Part shown: positions 28,936 to 38,815 of the stretch, piece after piece
How the letters are laid out: every line of letters begins with the position of its first letter
Position numbering within the stretch: position 1 is the first letter of the stretch
Origin: Candidatus Iainarchaeum sp.
GTDB taxonomy: Archaea; Iainarchaeota; Iainarchaeia; Iainarchaeales; GCA-2688035
Direction: 5' to 3'
Length of the DNA stretch: 64,000 bases
Assembly: GCA_017610205.1 (NCBI GenBank)
Contig: JAFCCL010000006.1
Location: 42,475-106,474 of the forward strand
Program-made: the position numbers and the translations under genes
Notes under the pieces: model-generated
Seen by the model: only the letters and a program-made list of their open reading frames with translations
Database searches by the model: none
What the model was told of the DNA's origin: nothing

Positions 28936-29628
28936 ATGGAAGGAAAAATAACACTTGTGAAAACAGGAACACCTGGTTTGGACGAACTTTTTACAAAAGG
29001 CGGATTTGACCACAGTAGCAGCATTCTTGTAAGCGGAGAGCCAGGAGCAGGAAAAAGCATTGTTGCATTGCAATACATTTACAACGGCGCACGTATTTAC
29101 GGAGAAGCAGGAATTTATGTCACCAGTGAACAAAGCATTGAAAAAGTAAGGGAAAACGCAAAATCTCTTGGAATGAATTTTGCAGAGCTTGAAGAAAAAG
29201 GGCTTGTAAAGCTAATGAAGATTCCAATAAATCGCGGCTATGAAATGGCTGACGATGAATTAATGCGCGAAATCAAAAAGGAAGAGGTAAAAAGGGTTGC
29301 AATTGACTCAATAACGCCTTTGGAAAATCTTTCACCGGACATTAGAGGATTTAGAGTAAGAATACTTGGATTTATTGAAACAGTTACCGCAAATAACATA
29401 ACACTTTTGGTTACAGCTGAAAAGCGCAAAACAGATTTTGACAACATGGAGTTTTCTCCGGAAGACTTTCTTTTCGACGGACTTATTATGATGGGAAGGC
29501 TTCGCAAGGCAGTAAGCTTTGAAAGAGTATTAAGCGTTATAAAAATGCGTGGAACAAAGCACAGCGAGGAACTGCATCCTGTTGAAATAAGCAATTCAGG
29601 GCTTGTGATTAAAAGCCTTGAAGAATAA
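28936..29628 (+). CDS. KaiC/RAD55-like RecA-family ATPase
   Basis: TGTPGLDEL, GEPGAGKS, VAIDS, KMRGTKHS. Confidence 0.92.
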   Translation: MEGKITLVKTGTPGLDELFTKGGFDHSSSILVSGEPGAGKSIVALQYIYNGARIYGEAGIYVTSEQSIEKVRENAKSLGMNFAELEEKGLVKLMKIPINRGYEMADDELMREIKKEEVKRVAIDSITPLENLSPDIRGFRVRILGFIETVTANNITLLVTAEKRKTDFDNMEFSPEDFLFDGLIMMGRLRKAVSFERVLSVIKMRGTKHSEELHPVEISNSGLVIKSLEE

Positions 29629-29750
29629 AGTTTTGTTAATTGCTTAAAAACAACTAAGTTTATTAAAAAAAAGCAATTAAGTTTGTTTTTTAAAAAAAAA
29701 GATAATTTGGGCATTTTCATTGAAACACCCTTTAAAATAAAGCAAAACAT

Positions 29751-29906
29751 TTAGTCTGCTTCAGGAACTGCATCAGCTTCTGTTTCAGATTCAGTTTCCT
29801 CTTCAGATTCAGTTTCCTCTTCAGATTCAGTTTCCTCTTCAGATTCAGTTTCTCTATCTGTTTCTTCGTTAGGTGCTTCGCCTTCTTTCTGAAATTTTAT
29901 ATTCAT
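29751..29906 (-). CDS. Tiny hyperacidic protein (51 aa)
   Basis: MNIKFQKEGEAPNEETDR(ETESEE)3ETESETEADAVPEAD; ggagtga RBS. Confidence 0.65.
   Translation of the reverse strand: MNIKFQKEGEAPNEETDRETESEEETESEEETESEEETESETEADAVPEAD
29784..29852. repeat. 18-bp tandem repeat, about 3.8 copies
   Basis: ttcagattcagtttcctc units. Confidence 0.9.
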
Positions 29907-30114
29907 TATAAATCACTCCCGATTGTTTTATTTTTCTAAAATAAATAGTTTAAAACTATTAAGCAACATTTTTACAAAAAAGCTTAAAAAAGGAATTTGG
30001 AGCAGGTTTCCCATAAAAAAAACGAAAGGAAATAAAAATGGTTGCAATGATTATTTTTCAAAAACTTTTCATTGTAGGAAATATTTAAGTAAGGGAAAGG
30101 GCTTTAGTTATTTC

Positions 30115-31587
30115 ATGCCTCTTTTCTATGGTGAAAAAAGGGCAATGAATGAAATTGCCTCAGTTCTTTCTTCGCAGTGGAGCAATGGAATGCTTCCGCA
30201 AATAAGATTTGTTCCAGGACAAACAGGCTACAGCCCTGATGAAGAAGAATGGGGAGTTACTGCAAAAATAAGCGGAAACAAAAAAGTAAGGACTTCAGGA
30301 ATTACACAGCCCCCGAACATTGCCTTTGCACTATGGAAGGTTTTTAACAGCTCGCAGAACAAGGAAGAGCTTGTGCCAGCCCTCAAAGAATTTTACCCAA
30401 AGCTCAAAAAATACCATTCATTTCTTTTAAAGGAGCGTGACCCTAAAGGAGAAGGTCTTGCGTCCGTTTTTCACCCATGGGCAACTGGTTCTGATAACAC
30501 TCCGTGTTATGACGAGCTTGTAAAAAGCGTGGGAAAAGATCTTAGAGAAAATGGATTTGAACAAAGAATAAAAAAAAGAAAAGATGCGATTTACGTTGAC
30601 AAAAGCCAACGACCAAAAGAAAAGGATTACGAAACCTATGGAAGGCTGCTTGGCTTTTTTGTTGCAAAAAAGTATGACCAAAAAAGACTCTGGAAAGAAT
30701 GCCCTTTTGTTGTTCAGGATATTTTGTTTAACTGCATTTTTAAGGAATCACTTTCCGCAATGGCAAAAATTGCAGACGCTCTTTCTTTGGAAAAAGAAAA
30801 AAAGCTTGATGAAAAGCTTGCGTTAAAGGTTAAAAATGCAATAAAAAGCAAATTGTATGATGAAGAAACAGAACTGTTTTATTCTTTTGATGTAAAAGGG
30901 AACAAGCTGATAAAAATTGCAACAGTGCATTCACTTGCGCCACTTTTTGGAAAAATTGCATCCAAAGAACAGGCAAATGCATTGATAAAGCATTTGAAAA
31001 GCGAAAAAGAATTTAATCCAAAGAACGGTTTTATGGTTCCAAGCGTTCCACTTAACGGAAAGGAGTTTAATCCAACAGGATATGCACGCGGACCTGTTTG
31101 GCCTGTGCGAAACTGGATTGTTATAAAAGGCCTGGAAAATTATGACAAGAAGTTTGCAAGAAATCTTAAAGAGGAAACAATTGCATTAATTTCACAAGGC
31201 TTTAAGGGAATTGAAGAACTTGAAAGCCTTGCAGCTTCCCTAATGGAATACAACAGCTTTAATGAATCATTTACTACACCCTCCAAAACACAGTACTGCC
31301 ACGGATGGCTTTGGGATTCTGGATTTGCAGCAATTGGATGGAGTAGAGTAAGAAAAAAACCAGACCCAAGGATTTGGAAAAATGTGGAGTTGCGAAAGAA
31401 AGTACTTAGGAAAGAAGGAGCCAGTTCCGCTGAAATTAAAAATGCTCTTGGAAAGGAATTCCAAATGCCTTTGTTTGATGAATACTTTACCCCAATTGCT
31501 TCAAAGAAAGGAGTGGCTGGAATGCCTTTGGGCTCTGAGAAAATGACCTGGACAGCTGCGCTGCTTCTTGACTTGCTTCATTCATAA
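30115..31587 (+). CDS. GH63-like (mannosyl/glucosylglycerate hydrolase-like) (alpha/alpha)6 glycosidase with rearranged motif order
   Basis: QWSNGMLPQI, SGITQPP, HPWATGSDN, YARGPVW, WLWDSGF, EYFTP, TWTAALLLD. Confidence 0.85.
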   Translation: MPLFYGEKRAMNEIASVLSSQWSNGMLPQIRFVPGQTGYSPDEEEWGVTAKISGNKKVRTSGITQPPNIAFALWKVFNSSQNKEELVPALKEFYPKLKKYHSFLLKERDPKGEGLASVFHPWATGSDNTPCYDELVKSVGKDLRENGFEQRIKKRKDAIYVDKSQRPKEKDYETYGRLLGFFVAKKYDQKRLWKECPFVVQDILFNCIFKESLSAMAKIADALSLEKEKKLDEKLALKVKNAIKSKLYDEETELFYSFDVKGNKLIKIATVHSLAPLFGKIASKEQANALIKHLKSEKEFNPKNGFMVPSVPLNGKEFNPTGYARGPVWPVRNWIVIKGLENYDKKFARNLKEETIALISQGFKGIEELESLAASLMEYNSFNESFTTPSKTQYCHGWLWDSGFAAIGWSRVRKKPDPRIWKNVELRKKVLRKEGASSAEIKNALGKEFQMPLFDEYFTPIASKKGVAGMPLGSEKMTWTAALLLDLLHS

Positions 31588-32637
31588 CAGTTTTTCTTTA
31601 AACAATTTGAAAGCAAGCTTTGACTTTTTCTCAGCCTTTTTCCTTTTTGCAAGAAGCCTTTTTCTTGAAGCAGGCAAATTTTTGTACAACTTTGTTGTTT
31701 TTCTCGCAAGCTCTTCTGCCTTAAAACCCTGTTCCACTTCAAAACTTTGCCAGCCAAAAGCCTTTACAAGATTTCTTGTTTTTGCAGTAAAATCAATTGC
31801 AACAAACGGCTTTCCGATTACGGCGGAAAAAACAAGTGAATGAAAACGCATTCCGACAACAAGGTCAAACTTTTCAAAAGTTTTTGTCAGTTTCATTCCA
31901 AGAGGCTTGTATTTCAAAAGCCTTACCTTTTTGCTTTTAACACCTGAAAGAATTTTTTTGCAGAAGATTGTGTCATACTTTTTAAAGAAAGGAAAAATTT
32001 TAATTCCTGCACTTGTGTCAGAAGAAACAAGGTCAATTGCTTTTGCAATCTTTTCCGCAAGTTGCTTGTCTTTTTTTGGTTTGAGCTCAAAAATTTCATA
32101 AAAGGGAATGGGACAGAAAAGAATTGCGTTCCTTTTTCTTCTATCAGGCTTTTTGCTTTCAGTAAAAGTTAAATCTGCAGAAACATAAATTTGCTTTTTA
32201 ACATTAGCTTTCCTAAGCTGGTCCCTGCTTTCATTGTCCCGCATAATAATCAAATCGGAGTTTTCGCAAAGCTTTCTTGCAAGAGCCCTTCCTTTTGCTG
32301 TCTTAAGCTTGGTGGAACCAATTGAAAGCAAACAGGTTTTGACACTTGGTTTTTTTGCCTTCAAAAAAAACTTTACCAGATTTTCAAAACCTTTCAATCT
32401 GTAATCCTGGATTTGTGTTCCGCCGCCAAGAATAAAAAAATCATACTTTAGATTTGCAAGATTTGCTTTGGGGTTTATGGCCTCAATCCCAAAAGCCGTC
32501 CTTGTTTTTGCAGGGTTTCCTGAAACAGCAATTGTTTTGATACTAAGCTTTTTGAACTGTTTGGCAATAACCTGCAGCATTGCGTCATCACCAATATTAT
32601 CTTTGCCATAATACCCATAAACTAAAGCGGTTTGCAT
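31582..32637 (-). CDS. Polysaccharide pyruvyl transferase family protein
   Basis: GYYGKDNIGDDAM, GGGTQIQD, MRDNES, GMRFHS. Confidence 0.9.
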   Translation of the reverse strand: MQTALVYGYYGKDNIGDDAMLQVIAKQFKKLSIKTIAVSGNPAKTRTAFGIEAINPKANLANLKYDFFILGGGTQIQDYRLKGFENLVKFFLKAKKPSVKTCLLSIGSTKLKTAKGRALARKLCENSDLIIMRDNESRDQLRKANVKKQIYVSADLTFTESKKPDRRKRNAILFCPIPFYEIFELKPKKDKQLAEKIAKAIDLVSSDTSAGIKIFPFFKKYDTIFCKKILSGVKSKKVRLLKYKPLGMKLTKTFEKFDLVVGMRFHSLVFSAVIGKPFVAIDFTAKTRNLVKAFGWQSFEVEQGFKAEELARKTTKLYKNLPASRKRLLAKRKKAEKKSKLAFKLFKEKLL

Positions 32638-32687
32638 GAAAATAAGAAAGCACATGGAATAATAAAAGCCTTTCTGCAAGCAGGGTG

Positions 32688-33866
32688 TTAGCCAAATTTT
32701 GCTTTGAATTGGACTTTCAATGATTGTTCTTTGCCAAGAACTTGGACAAGCTTGACCCAGTTTTTCTGCAATTGCTGGTATTTTTTCTTGTTCTTGTCTG
32801 CAAAGCTTCTTGCATCAAACAATGAAACCTTGATGTTTGCCAAGTGGATTTTTGCTTCAGAAAATTTTGCCGTGAAAACAGAGCCTAAAAAAAGCAAAAG
32901 GTCTGTCAGCACAAGCTTTATGTAAATGCTTCTTTTGAGAAACATTCCAGGATAGGGGTCAAGCTCTTCTATTACGTTTGAAGGCAATTTTTTTTCTTTT
33001 ATAAATTCAAGAATCTTCTTTCTCTCATAGATGAACCTGTAAGCATCCTTTCTCATGTAAACACACCAGTCAGACATCTTTTTGGGAGGAGGCAAATGCG
33101 TTATTGCAAGCTCTTTATCAAGGAAGAAGTACAAACCATAAGCTCTTGCGTTAATCAAAAGGTCCATATCCTCTCCATAGGGAATAAGGGAATCAAACAT
33201 AAGCTTGTGAAACAGGTCTTTGTGTAAAACTATGTTGCCTCCAAATGCAAAGCTTGTTTCCTTCAGCCTTGGTTCCTTGCCAATAATTGAAAAGGCCTTG
33301 TTCATGTTCTTTATTTTGTTCCAGAAAACATCCCACCAAAGCTTTTTCCAGTTCCAAGGCACAAGGTAAGAGCCGGACCTGTCAACATAATAGCCTGCAA
33401 CAGCCCCAACAAACTTTCCATCAAAGCACTTTCCAATGAACTCCCTGGCTTTCTTTAGGAATTTCTTGTCTTCAATCAATTCATCATCATCCAGAAACAT
33501 TATTATTGGCGAGCCAAGGAGGATGCCTATTGCAAGCCCAAAATTTCTGAAACAAGAGTAGTTGCCGATTGCTACAGAGCCCTTTAGGTCAGCTAAGCCT
33601 TTTGAGGAAATAAATTGGTGAAATTTTTTGACATCACGATAGCTTACTTGTGCAATTGGAAAGTGTTTTCTAAAAGGAGAAATTATTTTATCAATTTTTC
33701 CCCTTACCCTCTCATTGTACTCCAAATCATAGGTATTATTTATTATCAAAACGCGGAAATTTTTTTCGTTAAGTGAACGAATACTTTCAAGCAACTGAAC
33801 AAAGGTATTGTGCTTTAATTCGAGTCTTTCTCCAAAGGTTGCAATCACTATAAGCATTTCCTGCAT
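32688..33866 (-). CDS. Family 2 glycosyltransferase
   Basis: RNFG, FLDDD, GGN, GEDMD. Confidence 0.85.
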   Translation of the reverse strand: MQEMLIVIATFGERLELKHNTFVQLLESIRSLNEKNFRVLIINNTYDLEYNERVRGKIDKIISPFRKHFPIAQVSYRDVKKFHQFISSKGLADLKGSVAIGNYSCFRNFGLAIGILLGSPIIMFLDDDELIEDKKFLKKAREFIGKCFDGKFVGAVAGYYVDRSGSYLVPWNWKKLWWDVFWNKIKNMNKAFSIIGKEPRLKETSFAFGGNIVLHKDLFHKLMFDSLIPYGEDMDLLINARAYGLYFFLDKELAITHLPPPKKMSDWCVYMRKDAYRFIYERKKILEFIKEKKLPSNVIEELDPYPGMFLKRSIYIKLVLTDLLLFLGSVFTAKFSEAKIHLANIKVSLFDARSFADKNKKKYQQLQKNWVKLVQVLGKEQSLKVQFKAKFG

Positions 33867-33985
33867 ACTCAAAAACCAGAAATAAAGAAAGGCAAGCTTA
33901 ATTATAACCTTATCCCCTAAAGCAAAAGCCAACGGCTTTTTGCAAAGAACATGTTTTTATAGTAAAAAGGGATTCTTTTTAATGC

Positions 33986-34750
33986 ATGGCAAACGATATC
34001 AAACCAAGGGTAACAGTAATAATGTCTGCTTACAATGCAGAAAGATTTGTTGCCGAAGCAATTGAATCTGTTTTGAACCAGACAATGAAAAATTTTGAAC
34101 TAATTGTAATTAATGACAACTCAAAAGACAAGACAGGAAAGATTTGCAAAAACTACAAGGATAAGAGAATCCATTATTTTGAACACAAGTACAACAAGGG
34201 GAAAAACCATGCAGTAAACTTTGCATTCAAAAGGGCTCGCGGGAAATATGCCTGCATTTTTGATGCGGACGACGTAATGGTAAATTACAAGCTTGAGGCA
34301 AGCAGCAAGCTGCTTGACAAGCACCCGGAAGTAGGGCTTGTTTATGGAGACGCATGGATTATTGACGAGGCTTCTGAAATTACTGGTCCGCTGTCTTTTC
34401 CTTCAAGGGCTAAAAAAAATATTGACGACAAGTTCCCTGATTTGAAATTTTCTATGGCAAAGTTGTGCAAGGGCGCTCTTTTCTCACAGGGCAGCACATT
34501 GTTTAGAATGGAGGCAATTAAGAAGGTTGGTGGCCTTGACGAAAAGTTAAAGGTTGCAGAGGACTGGGACCTTTGGATTAGGATTGCGGAAAAGTACACT
34601 CTTTACTATATGCCAGTTCCAATGTACCTTTACAGAATAAACCCAAAAGGGCTCTTAAGCCAGGCACTGAAAGGAAAGTTTCACGAAAAAAGCAAGAAAT
34701 TTGTTTTGAAGAAAATGCAGGAAAGGGCAAGGAAAGCGAAGAAATGTTAA
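33986..34750 (+). CDS. Family 2 glycosyltransferase
   Basis: VIMSAYN, INDNSKD, FDADD, EDWDLW. Confidence 0.93.
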   Translation: MANDIKPRVTVIMSAYNAERFVAEAIESVLNQTMKNFELIVINDNSKDKTGKICKNYKDKRIHYFEHKYNKGKNHAVNFAFKRARGKYACIFDADDVMVNYKLEASSKLLDKHPEVGLVYGDAWIIDEASEITGPLSFPSRAKKNIDDKFPDLKFSMAKLCKGALFSQGSTLFRMEAIKKVGGLDEKLKVAEDWDLWIRIAEKYTLYYMPVPMYLYRINPKGLLSQALKGKFHEKSKKFVLKKMQERARKAKKC

Positions 34751-34799
34751 TTCTTTTAAACATTAAACACTTGCAACCGCTATAAGGGATACAACAGTT

Positions 34800-35072
34800 T
34801 TAATCAACTTTAATGCCAAGCAATTCATAAATCATTTGCTTTATTTCTGGAGCCCTTTTATGGTTCAAGGAAACATGCAAACCATAGCCTGTAGGCTTTT
34901 TGAAAAGAAGATTTTCCTTGATTAATTCTTCAGCAGCCCTTTTCACCAAAAGATGCTCTCTTGGCTTGAAACCCTTCTTAAGGTTGTCAAAAGCAGTATG
35001 GGAATTACCCCAGTTTCTTCTCCTTGCCAGTTTGAAAAGAAGCTTTGTCTTAACTAGCTCAAGAGAGTCCAT
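34800..35072 (-). CDS. Small hypothetical winged-helix-like protein
   Basis: WGNSHT...ELIKENLL...HVSLN; divergent from a wHTH gene. Confidence 0.7.
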   Translation of the reverse strand: MDSLELVKTKLLFKLARRRNWGNSHTAFDNLKKGFKPREHLLVKRAAEELIKENLLFKKPTGYGLHVSLNHKRAPEIKQMIYELLGIKVD

Positions 35073-35124
35073 TTGAATAGACTTTGAAAGTATATTATTA
35101 TAAACTTTGCTTTCAATAAGTTAA

Positions 35125-35451
35125 TTGGCGAAAAATATGGAAGAAGAAACAAATTTGGTAAGATTTTTTGGAGACAACCCTTTTGTGAGAATGCTAGACG
35201 CATTCATAGACAACATTGGCGGAGAGTACAGCAAAAAAGAAGTACAAGAACTTGCAGGAATAAGCAAGGGTGCCTTGTTTAAGCACTGGAAAAAGCTTGA
35301 AGAGCTTGACCTTGTCAGGATTACAAAGACCTTTGGAAACACAAAGCTTTTCACACTAAACAAGCAAAACCCCCTAGTAAAAGACATCCTTCGCTTTGAA
35401 GCAAGAATGATTGAAGAAACAACGCCAAAGTCAGTAAAAGCAGTTGCTTAA
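35125..35451 (+). CDS. Winged-helix transcription regulator
   Basis: YSKKEVQELAGISKGAL...LVRITKTFGNTKLF. Confidence 0.8.
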   Translation: MAKNMEEETNLVRFFGDNPFVRMLDAFIDNIGGEYSKKEVQELAGISKGALFKHWKKLEELDLVRITKTFGNTKLFTLNKQNPLVKDILRFEARMIEETTPKSVKAVA

Positions 35452-35594
35452 AGCCAAAATAACCCAAAACCTACTTTTCCAAGGTTTAAAAACTTAAAAC
35501 AAGTAAAGGCTTTTAAACATTAAAAACTTACTTTTTGGGAAAGTATTACTTTTTACAATAGTAATATTTATATATAAGTTGCACCTATATTGTA

Positions 35595-35846
35595 TTGGTG
35601 ATTTGTTTGGGCGAGAATGTTCTTGAAACCAGAATGACGAGCAAGGGCCAGGTCCTGATTTTAAAGGAAATAAGGGAAAGGCTTGGTTTGAGCAAAAGGC
35701 AGCAGTTCATTGAGAGAACCAAAGACAACAAGGTTATTTTGGAACCTGTGCCAAATCTAGTAGACCTTGGAGGAACCCTGAAAAGCATGGGCAAAAACAA
35801 AAGCATTAAACAGCTTATGAAAGAAGTAAAAGAAGGCTGGGATTAA
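35595..35846 (+). CDS. AbrB/MazE-like antitoxin
   Basis: RMTSKGQVLILKEIRERLGL. Confidence 0.88.
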   Translation: MVICLGENVLETRMTSKGQVLILKEIRERLGLSKRQQFIERTKDNKVILEPVPNLVDLGGTLKSMGKNKSIKQLMKEVKEGWD

Positions 35847-35847
35847 G

Positions 35848-36234
35848 GTGCTTGTGCTAGATACCTACGCACTCTTCGAATGGCTTGTCTACCAAAACCA
35901 AAAATATAAGAAATACTTTGTAGAAATCAACGAAGAAGGCGCCCTCATCACCGAACTGGTTCTGATGGAATTCTACCACAAGGTCCTGCACGGAAAAGGA
36001 AAAGAAGAGGCAAACCAGCTGTTCAACACCATAACAGCAAAAACAGAAACAATCAAGCTAAACAACGAAAGAATCAAAAAAACAGGCATAAAAAGAAGCC
36101 AAACACTAAAGCAAAAGAAAAAACTTTCCTACGCAGACTGTCTCAACCTTGTAATAGCAGAAGAATTCAACGCAAAAGTCCTGACAGGAGACAAAGAATT
36201 CAAAGGAATGCAAAACACGAAATTCGTGGAATGA
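35848..36234 (+). CDS. vapC: PIN domain toxin
   Basis: VLDTYAL, LMEF, LSYAD, LTGDKEF. Confidence 0.9.
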   Translation: MLVLDTYALFEWLVYQNQKYKKYFVEINEEGALITELVLMEFYHKVLHGKGKEEANQLFNTITAKTETIKLNNERIKKTGIKRSQTLKQKKKLSYADCLNLVIAEEFNAKVLTGDKEFKGMQNTKFVE

Positions 36235-36359
36235 CAAACCACAGGGCAGTAAACATTAAACGCTTGCAACCACTATAAGGGATACAACCACTACTTTTCC
36301 ACTACAAAAACAGGGGGCTTAAATAATGCTTGCCTCACAATTAATGTAGTGATTTTGTA

Positions 36360-36644
36360 GTGGAAGTTTTTTGGACACAGCACGCATTGGAAAGATTTAC
36401 TGAAAGGACCTTGCTTTATGGACTTTCAAGAACAGAGTTGGAGTTCGTAATCAAAAAGCAGGAAGTGAGAATTTCCAAAGGATTTGACAAAAAGTATAGA
36501 AAAGAATGCTTTGAAACAATTGGCATGGTTGCCAACAAGTTTTTCACTGTTCAAAAAGCTGAAGACAAAAAGAAAATAATTGCGATTACCCTTTGGCAAT
36601 CAAGCAAAAAGGAGGTTGAATTATGGTTTTCAAAACAAAAATAA
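36360..36644 (+). CDS. DUF4258/BrnT-like putative ribonuclease toxin
   Basis: WTQHALERF...IIAITLW; overlaps a Zn-finger antitoxin. Confidence 0.7.
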   Translation: MEVFWTQHALERFTERTLLYGLSRTELEFVIKKQEVRISKGFDKKYRKECFETIGMVANKFFTVQKAEDKKKIIAITLWQSSKKEVELWFSKQK

Positions 36645-36958
36645 AATGCCCAATTTGTGAGGGTGAAGCAAAACTGTCAAAAACAAGCCTGAAGATGTTC
36701 GGCGGCGTTGTTACACTAAAGGACAACCCAATCTATGAGTGCAGGAAATGCAAGGAAAAGTTCGCAACAGGCAAAACCGTTGACAAGACCGTGAAAAGAG
36801 CAAGAAAGGAATTCAGCTTTGCAAGAAAGCTTATTTCAACAGGCGGCTCTTTGGCAATTACAATCCCACCAGATCTGACAAAATTCTACAAACTCAAAAA
36901 AGGGGAAGACATCCAGCTTATTCCGGCAGGCGAGCACTTGATGAAGGTTAAAGTGTAG
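36623..36958 (+). CDS. YgiT/MqsA-type zinc finger plus AbrB-like antitoxin
   Basis: CPIC...CRKC; RKLISTGGSLAITIP. Confidence 0.8.
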   Translation: MVFKTKIKCPICEGEAKLSKTSLKMFGGVVTLKDNPIYECRKCKEKFATGKTVDKTVKRARKEFSFARKLISTGGSLAITIPPDLTKFYKLKKGEDIQLIPAGEHLMKVKV

Positions 36959-37138
36959 GATAATATTAGATAAAAACCTACAGAATTAGCCTCAAAACAG
37001 CCTCAAATCCCCATTGTATATCCCATAACAACTATAAGTTTTTAAACATTTATATCCATCAATTTATTATACATTTATTGAACGTAGATATCAATACCAA
37101 ATTTTTAAAAACTAAAACAAACGGAGTGTGAGATATAA

Positions 37139-38782
37139 ATGGCTGAATCACAGCAACCAGTAGTATTTCTTCCAGAGGGAACAAAGAGAACAAGGGGAAG
37201 AGATGCACAGAGAATAAACATTTTGATTGCAAAAGCAGTTGCAAATGCAGTCAAGTCAACTTTGGGTCCAAAGGGAATGGACAAAATGATTGTTGACGAC
37301 CTCGGGGATGTAACAATTTCAAACGATGGTGCAACAATTTTGGACGAAATAAGCATAGAGCACCCTATTGGAAAGATTATGGCAGAGGTTGCCAAAACAC
37401 AGGATGATGCAGTAGGAGACGGAACAACAACTGCAGTTATTCTTGCAGGCGGTCTTTTGAAAGAAGCCGAAGGAATGCTTGACAACGATATCCATCCAAG
37501 CATTATTGTTAAGGGATATAGGATGGCGTCAAAAAAGGCAATAGAGTTTGCAAGAGATATCGCAGAGGAAATAAAATTTTCTGACAAAAAGGCATTGAAA
37601 AATATTGCAATGACTTCAATGACCGGCAAGGCAGCTGAATCAACAGAAGAATTGTCAGAAATTGTTGTAGAAGCCCTGTCAAAAATTGCAGACAGTGAAG
37701 AGGGCAAAATAGACATTGATATTGACAATGTAAAGGTTGAAAAAAAGCAGGGTGCATCACTTGCTGAAAGCAAACTAATTGAAGGAATTGTAATAGACAA
37801 AGAAATAGTGCACAGCGGAATGCCAAAAAAGGCTGAAAATGCAAAAATTGCATTAATTGACGTAGCACTTGAAGTAAAAAGCACTGAAACAGATGCAAAG
37901 ATTGAGATAACTTCGCCGGAGCAAATGCAGGCATTTCTTGACCAGGAAGAGGGAATGCTCAAAAACATGGTTGAAGCAATCAAAAAGGCAGGCGCAAACG
38001 TTGTTGTATGCCAAAAGGGCATTGACGATTTGGCACAGCACTTCCTTGCAAAAGAAGGAATTCTTGCTGTTCGCAGAGTCAAAAAATCTGATATGGATGC
38101 ACTTGTAAGAGCAACAGGCGGCAAGGTTGCAACAAGACTTGAAAGCCTTAACCTAAAAGATTTGGGAAATGCAAAGCTTGTGCAGGAAAGAAAGATTTCA
38201 GGCGACGCAATGGTCTTTATTGAAGGCTGCAAAAACCCAAAGAGTGTCTCGCTAATAATAAGAGGCGGTTCAGAGCACGTAATTGATGAAGCCGAAAGAG
38301 CAGTGCACGACGCTTTGATGTCAACAGCCACGGCAATAAAAGACGGAAAAATTGTTGCAGGCGGCGGAAGCGCAGAAATCGAAATTGCAATGCATCTAAG
38401 GGATTATGCAAAAAGCATTGGAGGCAGGGAACAACTTGCAATAGAAGGATTTGCAAACACAATGGAAGAAATTCCAAGAACCCTTGCTGAAACAGCTGGC
38501 ATGAACCCATTGGATACAATTGTCGAGCTTAGAAGCAAGCACGCAAAAAATGAAGAAAAAAACATAGGAGTTGATGTCCTAAAAGCAAAGCTCTCAGACA
38601 TGAAATCATTGAATGTCATAGAGCCATTGTCTGTAAAGACACAGGCAATAACATCAGGTGCAGAAGTTGCTGAAATGATTCTCAGAATTGACGACATCAT
38701 TGCAGGAACAAGCAAGAGCAAGATGGAAATGCCTCCAGGTGGAATGCCACCAGGAATGGGTGGCGGAATGGGAATGATGTAA
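37139..38782 (+). CDS. thsA: Thermosome (group II chaperonin) subunit
   Basis: TLGPKGMDKM, GDGTTT, LRIDD, GGM tail. Confidence 0.97.
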   Translation: MAESQQPVVFLPEGTKRTRGRDAQRINILIAKAVANAVKSTLGPKGMDKMIVDDLGDVTISNDGATILDEISIEHPIGKIMAEVAKTQDDAVGDGTTTAVILAGGLLKEAEGMLDNDIHPSIIVKGYRMASKKAIEFARDIAEEIKFSDKKALKNIAMTSMTGKAAESTEELSEIVVEALSKIADSEEGKIDIDIDNVKVEKKQGASLAESKLIEGIVIDKEIVHSGMPKKAENAKIALIDVALEVKSTETDAKIEITSPEQMQAFLDQEEGMLKNMVEAIKKAGANVVVCQKGIDDLAQHFLAKEGILAVRRVKKSDMDALVRATGGKVATRLESLNLKDLGNAKLVQERKISGDAMVFIEGCKNPKSVSLIIRGGSEHVIDEAERAVHDALMSTATAIKDGKIVAGGGSAEIEIAMHLRDYAKSIGGREQLAIEGFANTMEEIPRTLAETAGMNPLDTIVELRSKHAKNEEKNIGVDVLKAKLSDMKSLNVIEPLSVKTQAITSGAEVAEMILRIDDIIAGTSKSKMEMPPGGMPPGMGGGMGMM

Positions 38783-38815
38783 CGCTGAAAAAGCGTTACT
38801 TTCTTTTTTCTTTTT
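38779..38815 (+). terminator. Hairpin plus T tract
   Basis: gtaacgct gaaaa agcgttac then a T-rich run. Confidence 0.6.

Larger units (their letters stand above)
34757..36288. repeat. 39-bp direct repeat pair (34757-34795, 36250-36288)
   Basis: taaacattaaacRcttgcaaccRctataagggatacaac, 37/39 identical. Confidence 0.85.

Noticed and set aside
28936-29628. Circadian clock or archaellum (FlaH) assignment
   Set aside because: Single-domain KaiC-like ATPases are common in archaea; no kaiB or archaellin neighbours.
29784-29852. CRISPR-like repeat
   Set aside because: Head-to-tail 18-mers without spacers, in frame within a coding sequence.
37105-38331. 408-aa antisense ORF
   Set aside because: Shadow of the thermosome gene; other long antisense ORFs over ileS, lysC and the HerA gene were rejected likewise.
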